Shown: positions 30,648 to 41,875 of the stretch, one piece after another
Numbering within the stretch: the stretch's first letter is position 1
Layout of the letters: every line of letters starts with the position of its first letter
Source: Roseovarius sp. UBA6167
GTDB lineage: Bacteria > Pseudomonadota > Alphaproteobacteria > Rhodobacterales > Rhodobacteraceae
DNA: 61,637 bases
NCBI GenBank assembly: GCA_002428225.1
Contig: DIUD01000038.1
Span: 1 to 61,637 of the forward strand
Direction of reading: 5' to 3'
The notes under the pieces: generated by a model
What the model was told of the DNA's origin: nothing
Databases searched by the model: none
Seen by the model: the letters and a program-made list of their open reading frames with translations, nothing else
Program-made: the position numbers and the translations under genes

Positions 30648-32780
30648 ATGTTTACTGAGACGAAAAAATCAATGCAGTGGGGCGAGGAAACGCTCACGCT
30701 GGAAACCGGCAAGATCGCCCGTCAGGCCGACGGCTCGGTGATCGCCACGCTTGGCGAGACCTCGGTCATGGCCAACGTGACCTTTGCCAAGGAACCCAAG
30801 CCGGGCCTGGATTTCTTCCCGCTGACGGTGCATTATCAGGAGAAATACTATGCCGCAGGCAAGGTGCCCGGCGGCTTTTTCAAGCGCGAGGCGCGCCCCT
30901 CGGAAAAGGAAACGCTGACCGCGCGGCTGATCGACCGTCCGATCCGCCCGCTTTTCGTGCCCGGCTTCAAGCATGAGACGCTAGTCATGTGCACCGTGCT
31001 CAGCCACGATCTGGTCAACGATCCGGACATGGTGGCGATGATCGCGACCTCCGCCGCGCTGACCATTTCGGGCGCGCCGTTCATGGGGCCGATCGGTGGC
31101 TGCCGTGTGGGTTATGTGGATGGGGAATACATCCTCAACCCCGAGATCGACGACATGCACAATCTGCGCTCGAACCCCGAGCAGCGGCTTGATCTGGTGG
31201 TCGCGGCCACACGCGACGCGGTGATGATGGTCGAATCCGAGGCATATGAGCTTTCGGAAGACGAAATGCTGGGCGCGGTGACCTTTGCGCATGAACAGAT
31301 CAAGCCGGTCTGCGACCTGATCGTGGAATTCGCCGAGGAATGTGCGAAAGAGCCGTTCGACTTCCGCCCGCCGGATTACTCGGCGCTTTACGCCGCCGTG
31401 AAGGCCGCCGGTGAAGAGCAGATGCGCGCCGCTTTCGCCATCCGCGACAAGCAGGAACGCACCCATGCGATTTCCGCCGCGAAAGAGGCGATCAAGGCGC
31501 AACTGACCGAGGAACAGCTTGCCGATGCCAATCTCGGCGCGGCGCTCAAAAAGCTCGAATCGGGGGTGCTGCGCGGCGATGTGGTCAGGAACGGCAACCG
31601 GATCGACGGGCGTCGTCTGGATGAGATCCGCCCGATCGTGTGCGAGACCGGCCTTCTGCCGCGCACGCATGGCTCGGCGCTCTTTACCCGTGGCGAGACG
31701 CAGGCGCTGGTGGTGACCACGCTCGGCACCGGCGATGACGAGCAGTTCGTCGATGCGCTGCACGGGAATTTCAAATCGAACTTCCTGCTGCATTACAACT
31801 TCCCGCCCTATTCGGTCGGCGAAGCCGGGCGCGTCGGCCCTCCGGGACGGCGCGAGATCGGGCACGGGAAACTTGCCTGGCGCGCGCTTCAGGCGGTTCT
31901 GCCGCCGGCGACCGATTTCCCCTACACGATCCGCCTGGTGTCCGAGATCACCGAATCGAACGGCTCTTCGTCGATGGCCTCGGTCTGTGGCGGGTCGCTG
32001 GCGATGATGGATGCGGGCGTGCCGCTCAAGACATCCGTGGCCGGGGTGGCCATGGGCCTCGTGCTTGAGGACGACGGATCTTTCGCCATCCTGTCGGACA
32101 TTCTTGGTGACGAGGATCACCTCGGCGACATGGATTTCAAGGTGGCGGGCACGGCCGACGGCATCACCTCGCTGCAAATGGATATCAAGGTCGCGGGCAT
32201 CACCCCCGAGATCATGAAAAAGGCGCTGGCGCAGGCGCGCGAAGGCCGAATGCATATCCTGGGCGAGATGGACAAGGCGCTCTCGGGGGCCAATGATTTC
32301 TCGGTCCACGCACCGCGCATCGAGACCATGCAGATCCCCACCGACAAGATCCGCGAAGTAATCGGCTCGGGCGGCAAGGTAATCCGCGAAATCGTCGAGG
32401 TTTCGGGCGCCAAGGTCGATATAAACGACGAGGGCATCATCAAGATCGCCTCGCCCAATGGCGATTCGATCCGGAAGGCCCATGACATGATCTGGTCCAT
32501 CGTCGCAGAACCCGAAGAGGGCGGCGTCTACAAGGGCACGGTCGTCAAGATCGTCGATTTCGGCGCTTTCGTGAACTTCTTCGGCAAGCGCGACGGGCTG
32601 GTGCACGTCAGCCAGATCGAGAATCGTCGCCTGAACCATCCCTCCGATGTGCTCAAGGAAGGTCAGGAGGTCTGGGTCAAGCTTCTGGGCTTTGACGATC
32701 GCGGCAAGGTTCGCCTGTCGATGAAGGTCGTCGATCAGCAGACCGGCGAAGAGGTCAAGGCAGAAGAAGCGGCTGACTGA
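30648..32780 (+). CDS. pnp: Polyribonucleotide nucleotidyltransferase
   Basis: Two RNase PH domains ([28 protein letters not shown]), KH and S1. Confidence 0.98.
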   Translation: MFTETKKSMQWGEETLTLETGKIARQADGSVIATLGETSVMANVTFAKEPKPGLDFFPLTVHYQEKYYAAGKVPGGFFKREARPSEKETLTARLIDRPIRPLFVPGFKHETLVMCTVLSHDLVNDPDMVAMIATSAALTISGAPFMGPIGGCRVGYVDGEYILNPEIDDMHNLRSNPEQRLDLVVAATRDAVMMVESEAYELSEDEMLGAVTFAHEQIKPVCDLIVEFAEECAKEPFDFRPPDYSALYAAVKAAGEEQMRAAFAIRDKQERTHAISAAKEAIKAQLTEEQLADANLGAALKKLESGVLRGDVVRNGNRIDGRRLDEIRPIVCETGLLPRTHGSALFTRGETQALVVTTLGTGDDEQFVDALHGNFKSNFLLHYNFPPYSVGEAGRVGPPGRREIGHGKLAWRALQAVLPPATDFPYTIRLVSEITESNGSSSMASVCGGSLAMMDAGVPLKTSVAGVAMGLVLEDDGSFAILSDILGDEDHLGDMDFKVAGTADGITSLQMDIKVAGITPEIMKKALAQAREGRMHILGEMDKALSGANDFSVHAPRIETMQIPTDKIREVIGSGGKVIREIVEVSGAKVDINDEGIIKIASPNGDSIRKAHDMIWSIVAEPEEGGVYKGTVVKIVDFGAFVNFFGKRDGLVHVSQIENRRLNHPSDVLKEGQEVWVKLLGFDDRGKVRLSMKVVDQQTGEEVKAEEAAD

Positions 32781-32802
32781 TCCGCGCCGGCCTGACACGG
32801 AG

Positions 32803-32841
32803 AAAAGGCGCGCCGCATCCCCCTGCGGCGCGTTTTCTTTT
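32803..32841. terminator. Bidirectional intrinsic terminator between pnp and the cytochrome c gene
   Basis: AAAAG-GCGCGCCGCA-loop-TGCGGCGCG-TTTTCTTTT. Confidence 0.8.
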
Positions 32842-32846
32842 GCCCG

Positions 32847-33248
32847 TCACCCTTCCTGGATGCTCTCCAGATAGGCCAAAAGCGCGGCCAGCGGGCGCGG
32901 CGTCGGCGTCAGCACACCGTCGCCGACATCGACCGGCACCGTATCGCCGCGCAAGAGCAGGCCGAATTCCGGCATCTCCTGCCCCGGCAGCCCGGTCCGG
33001 TCATAACCGTCTATCACCGAAAGCACATGCGCGCGCGGAAACGCCCCGTCGCCGAACCGCGTGAGGTCAGCGGGCGGCGGCACCATCCCCACGGCCCATG
33101 GCCCGTCTCCCTTGCCGCCCGACCCGTGGCATTGCGCGCAATTTTCGGCAAAAATCGGCGCGCCCTCCTGCGCGTCGGGCATCGACGCCGCCTGCACGCA
33201 GGCAGCAAGCCCGAGGGCGGCAATCAGGGTGGCAAGGGGATACTGCAT
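32847..33248 (-). CDS. Monoheme cytochrome c lipoprotein
   Basis: Lipobox LAAC, heme motif CAQCH, distal MPEF; alternative start at 33260. Confidence 0.88.
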   Translation of the reverse strand: MQYPLATLIAALGLAACVQAASMPDAQEGAPIFAENCAQCHGSGGKGDGPWAVGMVPPPADLTRFGDGAFPRAHVLSVIDGYDRTGLPGQEMPEFGLLLRGDTVPVDVGDGVLTPTPRPLAALLAYLESIQEG

Positions 33249-33303
33249 CGCGGACCTCATGCTCTTTTGCGCCCGAGGCTACCAAGCCGCCGGCGCGCGC
33301 GCA

Positions 33304-33317
33304 ATGATCCGCATCAG
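33304..33317. promoter_or_regulatory. FNR/Dnr-like box upstream of the cytochrome c gene
   Basis: ATGAT-ccgc-ATCAG vs consensus TTGAT-N4-ATCAA. Confidence 0.4.
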
Positions 33318-34888
33318 GCCAGCTCGCCCGCAAGCGCCCGGTCGATGAGCGCGACCGTCTCTTCCACGCCGTAAAGCGCGATGAACCCGCCAAAGCGCGG
33401 CCCTTGCGAGGCCCCCAGCAGCACCTCGTAAAGCGCGCGGAACCAGTCGCGCAGCGGATCGAACCGGTCGCGCCCCACGTCATAGACGATCCCTTGCAGC
33501 ATCTCGTCATCGCGCGCGCCCTCATGCGCGGCAAGCCGGTCGCGCAGATCGGCAAGCGCCTCGCGCTCCAGATCATTGGGCGCGCGATAGACCTTGTGCG
33601 GCGCGACGAAATCCTCGTAATAGCGCACCGCGCCCTCTGCCGCGGCATCGAGATCGGGATTCGTCTCGGGGCTCGCGTCCGGCGCATAGCGGCGGATGAA
33701 GCCCCAGAGCGTGGCCTTGTCCCGCGCGGCAGACACAGACGCGAGGTTGAGCAGCATCGAGAAGGGCACGACCATCCGGCTCTCGGGGACATCGCCGTTG
33801 TGGATGTGATGCACCGGGTTGTTCAGCCGCTGCGCCATGTCCTGCCCGGCATAAGCGCGCAATTGCTGATGGTATTCGTCCAGCGCCCTTGGGATCACGT
33901 CGAAATGCAGCCGCTTCGCCGTCCTGGGCTTTTGATACATGAAATAGCTGAGCGATTCCGTCGCCGCATAGCGTAGCCATTCGTCGATCGAGATGCCGTT
34001 GCCGGAGGATTTCGAGATCTTCTGCCCGGTCTCATCCAGAAACAGCTCATAGGTGAAATGCTCGGGCGGATGCACACCAAGCGCCCGGCAGATGCCGTCA
34101 TAGATCGGCGTATTGGTGGAATGGTCCTTGCCATACATCTCGAAATCGACGCCAAGCGCCGCCCAGCGTGCGCCGAAATCGGGCTTCCATTGCAGCTTTA
34201 CATGCCCGCCGGTCACCGGCAGCGTCCATTCGCGGCCCTGCTCGTCGTCAAAGGTGATCTCGCCCTTGCGGCCGTCCACATGCTTCATCGGCACATAGAG
34301 CACGCGCCCCGTCTCGGGGTGAATGGGCAGGAAGATCGAATAGGTCTTGCGCCGCTCCTCGCGCAGGGATTTCAGCATGATTGCCATGATCGCGTCATAA
34401 CGCTCGGCGGCGCGCAACAGCACCTCGTCGAACTGCCCCGAGCGGTAGAACTCGGTCGCCGAGATGAACTCGTAGTCGAACCCGAACGTGTCGAGAAACC
34501 GCCGCAGCATTGCGTTGTTGTGATGGCCAAAGCTCTCGTATTCGCCGAACGGGTCGGGCACCGAGGTCAGAGGCTTTTGCAGATGCTCGCGCAGCGCCTC
34601 CTGCCCCGGCACGTTGCCGGGCACCTTGCGCATCCCGTCAAGGTCATCCGAAAAGCAGATGAGCCGCGTCGGGATATCGCTGATCGTCTCGAAGGCACGG
34701 CGGATCATCGTCGTGCGCAGCACCTCGCCGAAAGTGCCGATATGGGGCAGCCCGCTCGGGCCATAGCCGGTCTCGAACAGCACATGGCCCTTTTCCGGCG
34801 GCGCCTTTTCATAGCGTTTGAGCACCCGGCGCGCTTCCTCGAACGGCCAGGCTTTCGATTGCATCGCGGCTTCGCGCAGATCGGACAT
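33314..34888 (-). CDS. lysS: Lysine--tRNA ligase, class I
   Basis: [24 protein letters not shown]. Confidence 0.96.
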   Translation of the reverse strand: MSDLREAAMQSKAWPFEEARRVLKRYEKAPPEKGHVLFETGYGPSGLPHIGTFGEVLRTTMIRRAFETISDIPTRLICFSDDLDGMRKVPGNVPGQEALREHLQKPLTSVPDPFGEYESFGHHNNAMLRRFLDTFGFDYEFISATEFYRSGQFDEVLLRAAERYDAIMAIMLKSLREERRKTYSIFLPIHPETGRVLYVPMKHVDGRKGEITFDDEQGREWTLPVTGGHVKLQWKPDFGARWAALGVDFEMYGKDHSTNTPIYDGICRALGVHPPEHFTYELFLDETGQKISKSSGNGISIDEWLRYAATESLSYFMYQKPRTAKRLHFDVIPRALDEYHQQLRAYAGQDMAQRLNNPVHHIHNGDVPESRMVVPFSMLLNLASVSAARDKATLWGFIRRYAPDASPETNPDLDAAAEGAVRYYEDFVAPHKVYRAPNDLEREALADLRDRLAAHEGARDDEMLQGIVYDVGRDRFDPLRDWFRALYEVLLGASQGPRFGGFIALYGVEETVALIDRALAGELA

Positions 34889-35008
34889 CGCTCAAACTCC
34901 GGGGTTTCGCGCGAGCAGGGCGCCGCGCGGGTCTGCGGCTACCTATTGCCGCGCGGCGGGACAGTCAATATTCTGCGCCGCAACATTCCCTTGCCTGAAA
35001 GGCTTGTC

Positions 35009-35434
35009 ATGTCCGATCCCGCCCCTCATCCGCTCAGCCCCGAGGATTGCCTTGTGGCGGTGATGATTGCCGTCTCCGCCTCGGATGAGAACATCCGCAC
35101 CGCCGAACTGATAAAGATCGAAAGCCAGATCAACAATCTGCCGGTCTTTGCCAGCTACGATCCCGACCGGCTGCGCCTCATGTCGCAGACCGTCTTTGAC
35201 CTTTTCGCCGTCGAGGACGGGCTTGACGCGCTCTTCGGCCTGATCCGCGCCAATCTTCCCGAACGCCTCAATGAGACCGCCTATGCGCTTGCCTGTGACG
35301 TGGCCGCCGCCGACGGCAGGCTCGACGACCGTGAATTGCGCCTGCTCGAGGAAATGCGCTACGAGTTGAACATCGACCGGCTGCACGCGGCGGCGATCGA
35401 GCGCGGGGCGCGCGCGCGTCACATGACCGTCTGA
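35009..35434 (+). CDS. TerB family (tellurite resistance-like) protein
   Basis: MIAVSASD, ETAYALACDVAAADG, AAAIERG. Confidence 0.85.
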   Translation: MSDPAPHPLSPEDCLVAVMIAVSASDENIRTAELIKIESQINNLPVFASYDPDRLRLMSQTVFDLFAVEDGLDALFGLIRANLPERLNETAYALACDVAAADGRLDDRELRLLEEMRYELNIDRLHAAAIERGARARHMTV

Positions 35435-35504
35435 GCGCGATTGCCCCTCGCGCCGCGACGCCGACGCGCCTATAAGACCGGGCAAAGCCACGCGGAGATG
35501 TCCC

Positions 35505-36293
35505 ATGACCGGAGAATTGTCCCCCATCGACAAGGCCAAGTTCGTCGCCGCCAAACGCTCGGTCGATCATATCGAGGACGGGATGCGCGTGGGTCTCGGC
35601 ACCGGCTCTACCGCCGCGTGGATGGTGCGCTGCCTCGGCGAGAGGGTGCGCGAGGACGGGCTGCGCATCCGCGGCGTGCCCACCTCGACCCGCACCGCCG
35701 ATCTCGCCCGCGAGGTCGGCATCGAGGTCATCAGCCTCGACGAGGCGAAATGGCTCGACGTGACCATCGACGGCGCGGACGAGTTCGACGCCGATTTCAA
35801 CCTCATCAAGGGCGGCGGCGGGGCGCTGTTGCACGAAAAGATCGTCGCCACCGCCTCTGACCAGATGATCATGATCGCCGATGTGGGCAAGGAGGTCGGC
35901 ACGCTCGGCGCCTTTGCGCTGCCGGTCGAGATCATCCCCTTCGGCTGGCAGACCACGAAATCGCTGATCGAGGAGTTGCTGATCAACATGGACGTGCTCG
36001 GCCGAAATGCCACGCTGCGGATGAGCGGCCAGCGCCTCTTTACCACCGACGAGGGCAATTACATCGTCGATTTGCATCTCGGCCGCATCGGCAACCCGCA
36101 TCAGCTTGCCATGGCGCTCAACCAGGTGCCGGGGGTGGTCGAAAACGGGCTGTTCCTCGATATCTGCGACGTGGTGATCCTCGGCTACGGCGACGGGCGG
36201 GTCGAGACGCGCGACATCAATGATGGCACCGTGGCCCATGACCGGATCGACTTTGTCGAGAGCGAGAATCTTTTCGCCGATCTCGGCGATTGA
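35505..36293 (+). CDS. rpiA: Ribose-5-phosphate isomerase A
   Basis: [27 protein letters not shown]. Confidence 0.97.
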   Translation: MTGELSPIDKAKFVAAKRSVDHIEDGMRVGLGTGSTAAWMVRCLGERVREDGLRIRGVPTSTRTADLAREVGIEVISLDEAKWLDVTIDGADEFDADFNLIKGGGGALLHEKIVATASDQMIMIADVGKEVGTLGAFALPVEIIPFGWQTTKSLIEELLINMDVLGRNATLRMSGQRLFTTDEGNYIVDLHLGRIGNPHQLAMALNQVPGVVENGLFLDICDVVILGYGDGRVETRDINDGTVAHDRIDFVESENLFADLGD

Positions 36294-36339
36294 ACCTTGC
36301 CTGCTTGGCACGGCGACCCCCAGGGATTACATGCGCCCC

Positions 36340-36738
36340 ATGGCACGACACCACACACATGACGGCCCCGGCCCGTCGCAGCGTCAGTTGCGGGTTGGCG
36401 AACTCATCCGCCGCACCCTGTCGGAGGTGCTGATGCGCGGCGACATCCACGATCCAGACCTCAACCGCCTGTCGATCACGGTCGGCGAAGTGCGCTGCTC
36501 GCCCGACCTCAAGATCGCCACCGCCTTTGTCATGCCCCTCGGCGGCGACCCCACAGGCGAATCCGTCGGGCTTCTGGCGCGCAACAAATCGGAACTGCGC
36601 CGCATCATCGGGCGCAAGGCAGGGCTGAAGTTCACCCCGGACCTGCGCTTTCGCCTCGATGAGACCTTCGACCGGATGGACGAGACGCGGCGGCTTTTTG
36701 CCGACGAGAAGGTGCGCCGGGATGTGGAGGGCGAGTGA
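36340..36738 (+). CDS. rbfA: Ribosome-binding factor A
   Basis: [27 protein letters not shown]. Confidence 0.95.
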   Translation: MARHHTHDGPGPSQRQLRVGELIRRTLSEVLMRGDIHDPDLNRLSITVGEVRCSPDLKIATAFVMPLGGDPTGESVGLLARNKSELRRIIGRKAGLKFTPDLRFRLDETFDRMDETRRLFADEKVRRDVEGE

Positions 36739-36761
36739 GCCGCCCCTGGCCCAAGGCCACA

Positions 36762-36843
36762 TCATTGCCCGACCCTGTCGGGCAACCTCTCGGGCGGGTC
36801 AGCGCACCTGGCAAGAGATGCTCCGGTCAAGCCGGAGCATGAC
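36762..36843. repeat. CGTC-type REP-like palindromic element (two hairpins)
   Basis: TTGCCCGAC-GTCGGGCAA hairpin plus GAGATGCTCCGGTCAAGCCGGAGCATGAC(G); near-identical to the reverse complement of 53350-53378. Confidence 0.7.
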
Positions 36844-37600
36844 GCGCGTTCTTTCGCGCGTCTGCGCCCTTGCCCTCCTGCTTGCGCCCCTTCCCGCCGC
36901 GGCGGCCTCCTGCCGTGCGATCACCTTTGAGGGTGCAGGCTATACCCTGTGCGAGGCCGATGCCGCGCGCGACGACATCCGCCTGTTTCTCAACGATCCG
37001 GCGAGCGACGCGCCGCTGGGCAGTTTCTCCAATATCGACCGGCTGCTCGCGCGCGACGGCAAGCGCCTCGCCTTCGCCATGAACGCCGGCATGTATCACG
37101 CCGACCGCAGCCCCGTGGGCCTCTATACCGAAAACGGCGAGAGGCGCGCGCCCCTCGTCACCTCTGCCGGTCCGGGCAATTTCGGGATGCTGCCCAACGG
37201 CGTGTTCTGCATCTCCGCAACCCGCGCGCATGTCATCGAATCGCGCCGCTTCGCGCGGCAGGCTCCCGCCTGCCGCTTTGCCACGCAATCGGGGCCGATG
37301 CTGGTGATCGACGGCGCGCTGCACCCGCGCTTCCTGAAGGACAGCGACAGCCTGTATATCCGTAACGGTGTCGGCACGTCGGCTGACGGGCACCGGGTCT
37401 GGTTTCTGATTTCCGACGCGCCGGTGAATTTCCACCGCTTCGCGCGCGTCTTCCGCGACCATCTCGGCGCGCGCCAGGCGCTCTATCTCGACGGCAATGT
37501 GTCGCGGCTGCACGCGCCGGGTCTGGGCCGCTCGGATCTCGGGTTTCCGCTCGGGCCGATGGTGGGGGTGGTGGTTGACGCGGGGGCCGCGCCCGAGTAG
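36839..37600 (+). CDS. Phosphodiester glycosidase family (YigE/DUF2233) exported protein
   Basis: Signal peptide, [33 protein letters not shown]. Confidence 0.9.
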   Translation: MTRVLSRVCALALLLAPLPAAAASCRAITFEGAGYTLCEADAARDDIRLFLNDPASDAPLGSFSNIDRLLARDGKRLAFAMNAGMYHADRSPVGLYTENGERRAPLVTSAGPGNFGMLPNGVFCISATRAHVIESRRFARQAPACRFATQSGPMLVIDGALHPRFLKDSDSLYIRNGVGTSADGHRVWFLISDAPVNFHRFARVFRDHLGARQALYLDGNVSRLHAPGLGRSDLGFPLGPMVGVVVDAGAAPE

Positions 37601-37649
37601 GCGCTCTGCCCTGATCGGCAGACAATCCGCAGGTAACAAGGGGCCGGAC

Positions 37650-38555
37650 ATGGCACGCAAGCCCAAGGGGCGCGATATCTCGGGATGGCTGGTGGTGGAC
37701 AAGCCCGCGGGTCTGACCTCTACCGCCGTCGTCAACAAGGTCAAATGGGCGCTCGATGCGCGCAAGGCGGGCCATGCCGGCACACTTGACCCCGAGGCGA
37801 CCGGCGTTCTGGCCATCGCGCTTGGCGAGGCGACCAAGACCGTCCCCTACATCACCGAGGCGCTCAAGGCGTATCGCTTTACCGTGCGGCTCGGGCAGGC
37901 GACCAATACCGACGATACCGAGGGCAAGGTCATCGCCGAGAGCGACGCGCGCCCCGGCGATGACGCGATCAAGGCCGCGCTCGGTGCCTTCGTGGGCGAG
38001 ATCATGCAGGTGCCGCCGCGTTTCTCGGCGGTCAAGATCGACGGGCAGCGCGCCTACAAGCGCGCCCGCGACGGCGAGGAATTCGAGGTCGCACCCCGCC
38101 CGCTCTGGGTGGAGGAACTGCTGCTCGTGGACCGCCCCGATCCCGACCATGCGGTGATCGAGATGACCTGCGGCAAGGGCGGCTACGTGCGCGCCATCGC
38201 CCGCGATCTCGGGGCGGCGCTTGGCTGCCATGGCCATGTGGTCACGCTGCGCCGGCTCTGGTCGGGGCCTTTTGACGCCGGCGACGGCGTGAGCATGGAG
38301 ACCATCGAGGCGCTCGCCCGCACCGGCGATCTTGACGCCCATATCCGCCCGCTCGAGGAAGGGCTCTCTGATCTGCCCATGGTCACGGCGACGCCCGAGG
38401 GCGCGGCGCGGCTGCGCAACGGCAATCCCGGCATGGTGATAGCGCGCGACGTGGACCATGGCGAGGAATGCTGGGCCGCGTGGGAGGGCCGCGCGCTGGC
38501 CGTGGGGCACTATCGGGCGGGCGAATTGCACCCGGCGCGCGTCTTCAACCGATGA
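37650..38555 (+). CDS. truB: tRNA pseudouridine(55) synthase
   Basis: [28 protein letters not shown]. Confidence 0.97.
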   Translation: MARKPKGRDISGWLVVDKPAGLTSTAVVNKVKWALDARKAGHAGTLDPEATGVLAIALGEATKTVPYITEALKAYRFTVRLGQATNTDDTEGKVIAESDARPGDDAIKAALGAFVGEIMQVPPRFSAVKIDGQRAYKRARDGEEFEVAPRPLWVEELLLVDRPDPDHAVIEMTCGKGGYVRAIARDLGAALGCHGHVVTLRRLWSGPFDAGDGVSMETIEALARTGDLDAHIRPLEEGLSDLPMVTATPEGAARLRNGNPGMVIARDVDHGEECWAAWEGRALAVGHYRAGELHPARVFNR

Positions 38556-39109
38556 GCGCCCCCGAGGACCGACACGACCCCGGCGGCAAGGTGCGGCTGC
38601 GCCTGCCCGAGGGCGTGCGGGGCGGCGCGACGTTTTCGCCCTGCGGGCGCTACCGGCAGGCGCTCGTGCGCGACTGGACGCCCGAAGGCACGACACCCCG
38701 CGCCGTGCTGTTCGTCGGGATGAACCCGTCCGTGGCCAGCGCCGAGGTCTCCGACCCCACCTGCCACCGCGAACTGACCTTTGCCCGCGACTGGGGCTTT
38801 ACCCGCTATCTCAAGGGCAATGTGCTTGACTGGCGCGCCACCGCGCCGCGCGACCTGCCCGGCCCCGACCTCGCGTGCAGCCCCGCCAATATCCCGGCGC
38901 TTGTCGCCATGGCCGACGAGGCAGAGCTGATCGTCATGGCCCATGGCAGGCTGCCCGCGCGCTATGGCGGGATCGTGCGCGCCACCACCGAGGCCCTGCG
39001 CCAGACGGGCCGCCCGCTCGGATGCTTCGGTCTGAACAGGGACGGCTCGCCGCGCCACCCGCTTTACCTGCGCAAGGATGCGAAACTCCTCCCCTTTCCG
39101 GCAGGTTGA
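38552..39109 (+). CDS. DUF1643 domain protein
   Basis: [26 protein letters not shown]; ATGA overlap with truB. Confidence 0.88.
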   Translation: MSAPEDRHDPGGKVRLRLPEGVRGGATFSPCGRYRQALVRDWTPEGTTPRAVLFVGMNPSVASAEVSDPTCHRELTFARDWGFTRYLKGNVLDWRATAPRDLPGPDLACSPANIPALVAMADEAELIVMAHGRLPARYGGIVRATTEALRQTGRPLGCFGLNRDGSPRHPLYLRKDAKLLPFPAG

Positions 39110-39151
39110 AAAATCAAGGGGGGGGTGCGCCCGAAGACCGTCCGCGCATCC

Positions 39152-39313
39152 GGCGGCGGCATCGAGCCGGCCCTCGGCCAACACCCCGAGGCGGTTGGCA
39201 TGACCGCCGGCCAGGCGGGTGGTTTCCAGATCGTTCACCCGATCGCGCCACGCCGCCACGATCATCGCCACCGGACAGACAAAGGACGAAGTGGCGTTGG
39301 CGGCGCCAAAGGC
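39152..39313 (-). pseudogene. Degraded internal fragment of a PhnD/PtxB-type phosphonate/phosphite ABC binding protein
   Basis: AFGAANATSSFVCPVAMIVAA...DL...LAGGHAN.LGVLAEGRLDAAA follows the PhnD pattern AFGD.NSTSS...GSH...EG..DAAA; in-frame stop just upstream. Confidence 0.6.
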
Positions 39314-39411
39314 CCGAACATATCAACGCCCGTCTGCGCGTCGGCATTTCTGCCGCTTGATCTTCTCCCCGGCAGTGATAACTATGGTTCTCCGAAGCAG
39401 GGCAGACGAGT

Positions 39412-39816
39412 ATGATACGGTTTTCGCTGAAATGCGATACGGGACATCGCTTTGACAGTTGGTTTCAATCTGCCGAGGCGTTTGAGAAATTGAGCGCCTC
39501 TGGGATGCTCGCCTGCGCGATCTGCGGCGCGAACTCGGTCGAAAAGGCGCTCATGGTCCCTCAGGTGCGGAACACGCGCCCCGATCCCGTTCCCCATCCC
39601 GCCGAACAGGCGCTCGCCGAATTGCGCCGCCGGGTCGAGGAAACGGCCGATTATGTCGGCCCCCGGTTCGCCCGCGAGGCGCGCGACATGCACGAGGGAT
39701 TGATCCCCGAGCGTGCGATCTATGGCGAGGCAAGGCCGGACGAGGCCCGCCGCCTGATCGAGGACGGAGTGCCGGTCGCGCCGCTGCCCTTCACCCCCCG
39801 CCGCAAATCGAACTGA
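39412..39816 (+). CDS. DUF1178 family protein
   Basis: C..GHRFDSWF, CAICG, YVGPRFAREAR, IYGEA. Confidence 0.92.
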   Translation: MIRFSLKCDTGHRFDSWFQSAEAFEKLSASGMLACAICGANSVEKALMVPQVRNTRPDPVPHPAEQALAELRRRVEETADYVGPRFAREARDMHEGLIPERAIYGEARPDEARRLIEDGVPVAPLPFTPRRKSN

Positions 39817-39825
39817 GGAGGCCCC

Positions 39826-40473
39826 ATGCATATCGTCATCACCGGCGCATCGCGCGGCATCGGCGCGGAACTTGCGGCGCGCTATCGCGCCGAGGGCCAC
39901 GACGTCACCGGCACCGCACGCAAGGGCGACGGCGATCTGGTCAGGCTCGACGTGACGCGCCCCGAGGAATTCGCGGCACTGGCCGCGCATGTCGGGCCGC
40001 GCCCGGTCGATCTGCTGATCTGCAATGCCGGGGTTTACCCGGACGGAGGCCAGAACCTCGACACCGGCTATCCGGCCCCGATGTGGGCCGAAACCTTTGC
40101 CACCAACGTCACCGGCGTGTTTCTCTCGGTGCAGACGCTCCTGCCCAACCTGCGCGCGGCGAAGGCGGCAAAGATCGCCATCATCTCCAGCCAGATGGCC
40201 AGCCAGACCGTCGCGACGGGCGGCAGCTACATCTACCGTGCCTCCAAGGCCGCCGCGCTCAACCTCGGGCGCAACCTCGCCGCCGATCTTGCCCCCGTGG
40301 GCATCGCCGTGGGCATCTATCACCCCGGCTGGGTGCAAACCGACATGGGCGGACCAAAGGCCGCGATCTCGGCGGCAGAGGCCGCCGCGGGGCTGATCGC
40401 GCGCTTCACCGCGCTGGACCTCGAAAGCACGGGCCGTTTCCAGACATGGGACGGGCACGATCACCCCTATTGA
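39826..40473 (+). CDS. SDR family oxidoreductase (CsgA/C-factor-like)
   Basis: TGASRGIG, YRASK, HPGWVQTDMGG. Confidence 0.92.
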   Translation: MHIVITGASRGIGAELAARYRAEGHDVTGTARKGDGDLVRLDVTRPEEFAALAAHVGPRPVDLLICNAGVYPDGGQNLDTGYPAPMWAETFATNVTGVFLSVQTLLPNLRAAKAAKIAIISSQMASQTVATGGSYIYRASKAAALNLGRNLAADLAPVGIAVGIYHPGWVQTDMGGPKAAISAAEAAAGLIARFTALDLESTGRFQTWDGHDHPY

Positions 40474-40619
40474 CGAGGGCGTGACGGCGGCGGGCGCGCG
40501 GCCCTGGTCGGTCCGGGGAGGTGGCTGCGTGTCGGGTCGCCCGTGACCATATATCGCCCTTGCAATGGACTGGCGGCACCGTCAAGTTTACCGCAGGCTT
40601 CAGGATTTGGAGGACAGCC

Positions 40620-41795
40620 ATGGAAGATATCGTAATTCTCGACGGGTGCCGCACGGCGATCGGCACCTTTGGCGGGGCTTTGGCGGGGACACCGCCGGGC
40701 GAGCTGGGGGCGATCGTCGCCAGGGAGGCGCTCGCGCGCGCGGGCGTCGAGGGCGGGCAGATCGGCCATGTTGTCTATGGCCATGTCATCAACACCGAGC
40801 CGCGCGACATGTATATCAGCCGTGTTTCCGCCATAAAGGCCGGCATCCCCGACACCACGCCGGCGATGAACGTCAACCGTCTGTGCGGTTCGGGCGCGCA
40901 GGCGATCGTCTCGGTGATCCAGTCGCTCGCGCTTGGCGATGCCGAGTTCGGCCTCGCCGGCGGCGCCGAGAACATGAGCCGCGCGCCCTATATCATCCCC
41001 GACCAACGCTGGGGCGCCAAGATGGGCGATACCAGGTCGCTCGACATGATGCTCGGCGCGCTCAACTGCCCCTTTGGCACCGGCCATATGGGCGTGACCG
41101 CCGAGAATGTCGCCAGGGAGCATGGCATCAGCCGCGCCGAGCAGGACGCCTTTGCCCTCGAGAGCCAGCGCCGCGCGGCAAAGGCCATCGCCGAGGGGCG
41201 GTTCACATCGCAGATCGTGCCGGTCGAGGTGCGCGTCAAGCGCGATACCGTGGCCTTTGCCACCGACGAGCACCCCAAGGCCACCACAGCCGAGGCGCTG
41301 GCCGGGCTGAAACCGGCGTTCCAGAAGGATGGCACCGTCACCGCCGGCAATGCCAGCGGCATCAACGACGGCGCGGCGGCGGTGGTGCTCGCGCGGGCCG
41401 GGGCAGCACAAAAGGCCGGGCTGAAGCCGCGTGCGCGTGTGCTCGGTTACGCCCATGCCGGGGTGCGCCCCGAGGTCATGGGGATCGGCCCGATTCCGGC
41501 GGTGGAAAAGCTGCTCGCGCGGATCGGGCTGACGGCGGCGGATTTCGACGTGATCGAATCGAACGAGGCCTTCGCCGCGCAGGCGCTTGCCGTCAACGAG
41601 GGGCTGGGCCTCGATCCTGCCCGCGTCAACCCCAATGGCGGGGCCATAGCACTTGGCCATCCCGTAGGCGCGACCGGCGCGATCCTGACGGTCAAGGCGC
41701 TCTACGAGCTGGAGCGCACGGGCGGCAAACGCGCCATCATCACCATGTGCATCGGCGGCGGTCAGGGCATCGCGCTGGCCATCGAGGCACTGTAA
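40620..41795 (+). CDS. bktB: Acetyl-CoA C-acyltransferase (beta-ketothiolase, BktB-like)
   Basis: [27 protein letters not shown]. Confidence 0.9.
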   Translation: MEDIVILDGCRTAIGTFGGALAGTPPGELGAIVAREALARAGVEGGQIGHVVYGHVINTEPRDMYISRVSAIKAGIPDTTPAMNVNRLCGSGAQAIVSVIQSLALGDAEFGLAGGAENMSRAPYIIPDQRWGAKMGDTRSLDMMLGALNCPFGTGHMGVTAENVAREHGISRAEQDAFALESQRRAAKAIAEGRFTSQIVPVEVRVKRDTVAFATDEHPKATTAEALAGLKPAFQKDGTVTAGNASGINDGAAAVVLARAGAAQKAGLKPRARVLGYAHAGVRPEVMGIGPIPAVEKLLARIGLTAADFDVIESNEAFAAQALAVNEGLGLDPARVNPNGGAIALGHPVGATGAILTVKALYELERTGGKRAIITMCIGGGQGIALAIEAL

Positions 41796-41808
41796 TGCCC
41801 GGACCGCG

Positions 41809-41824
41809 TTAAGCCAATCTTCAC
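41809..41824 (+). promoter_or_regulatory. CtrA-like binding site TTAA-N7-TTCAC
   Basis: One mismatch to TTAA-N7-TTAAC, ~50 bp upstream of the hybrid kinase. Confidence 0.55.
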
Positions 41825-41875
41825 CGCGATACCGGATGGTGACCCGAACACCATCCGGCGTGGCGGAGGAGGGGC

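Noticed and set aside
35009-35434. TerB as part of a tellurite or anti-phage ter operon
   Set aside because: Solo gene in its usual position divergent from lysS; no other ter genes
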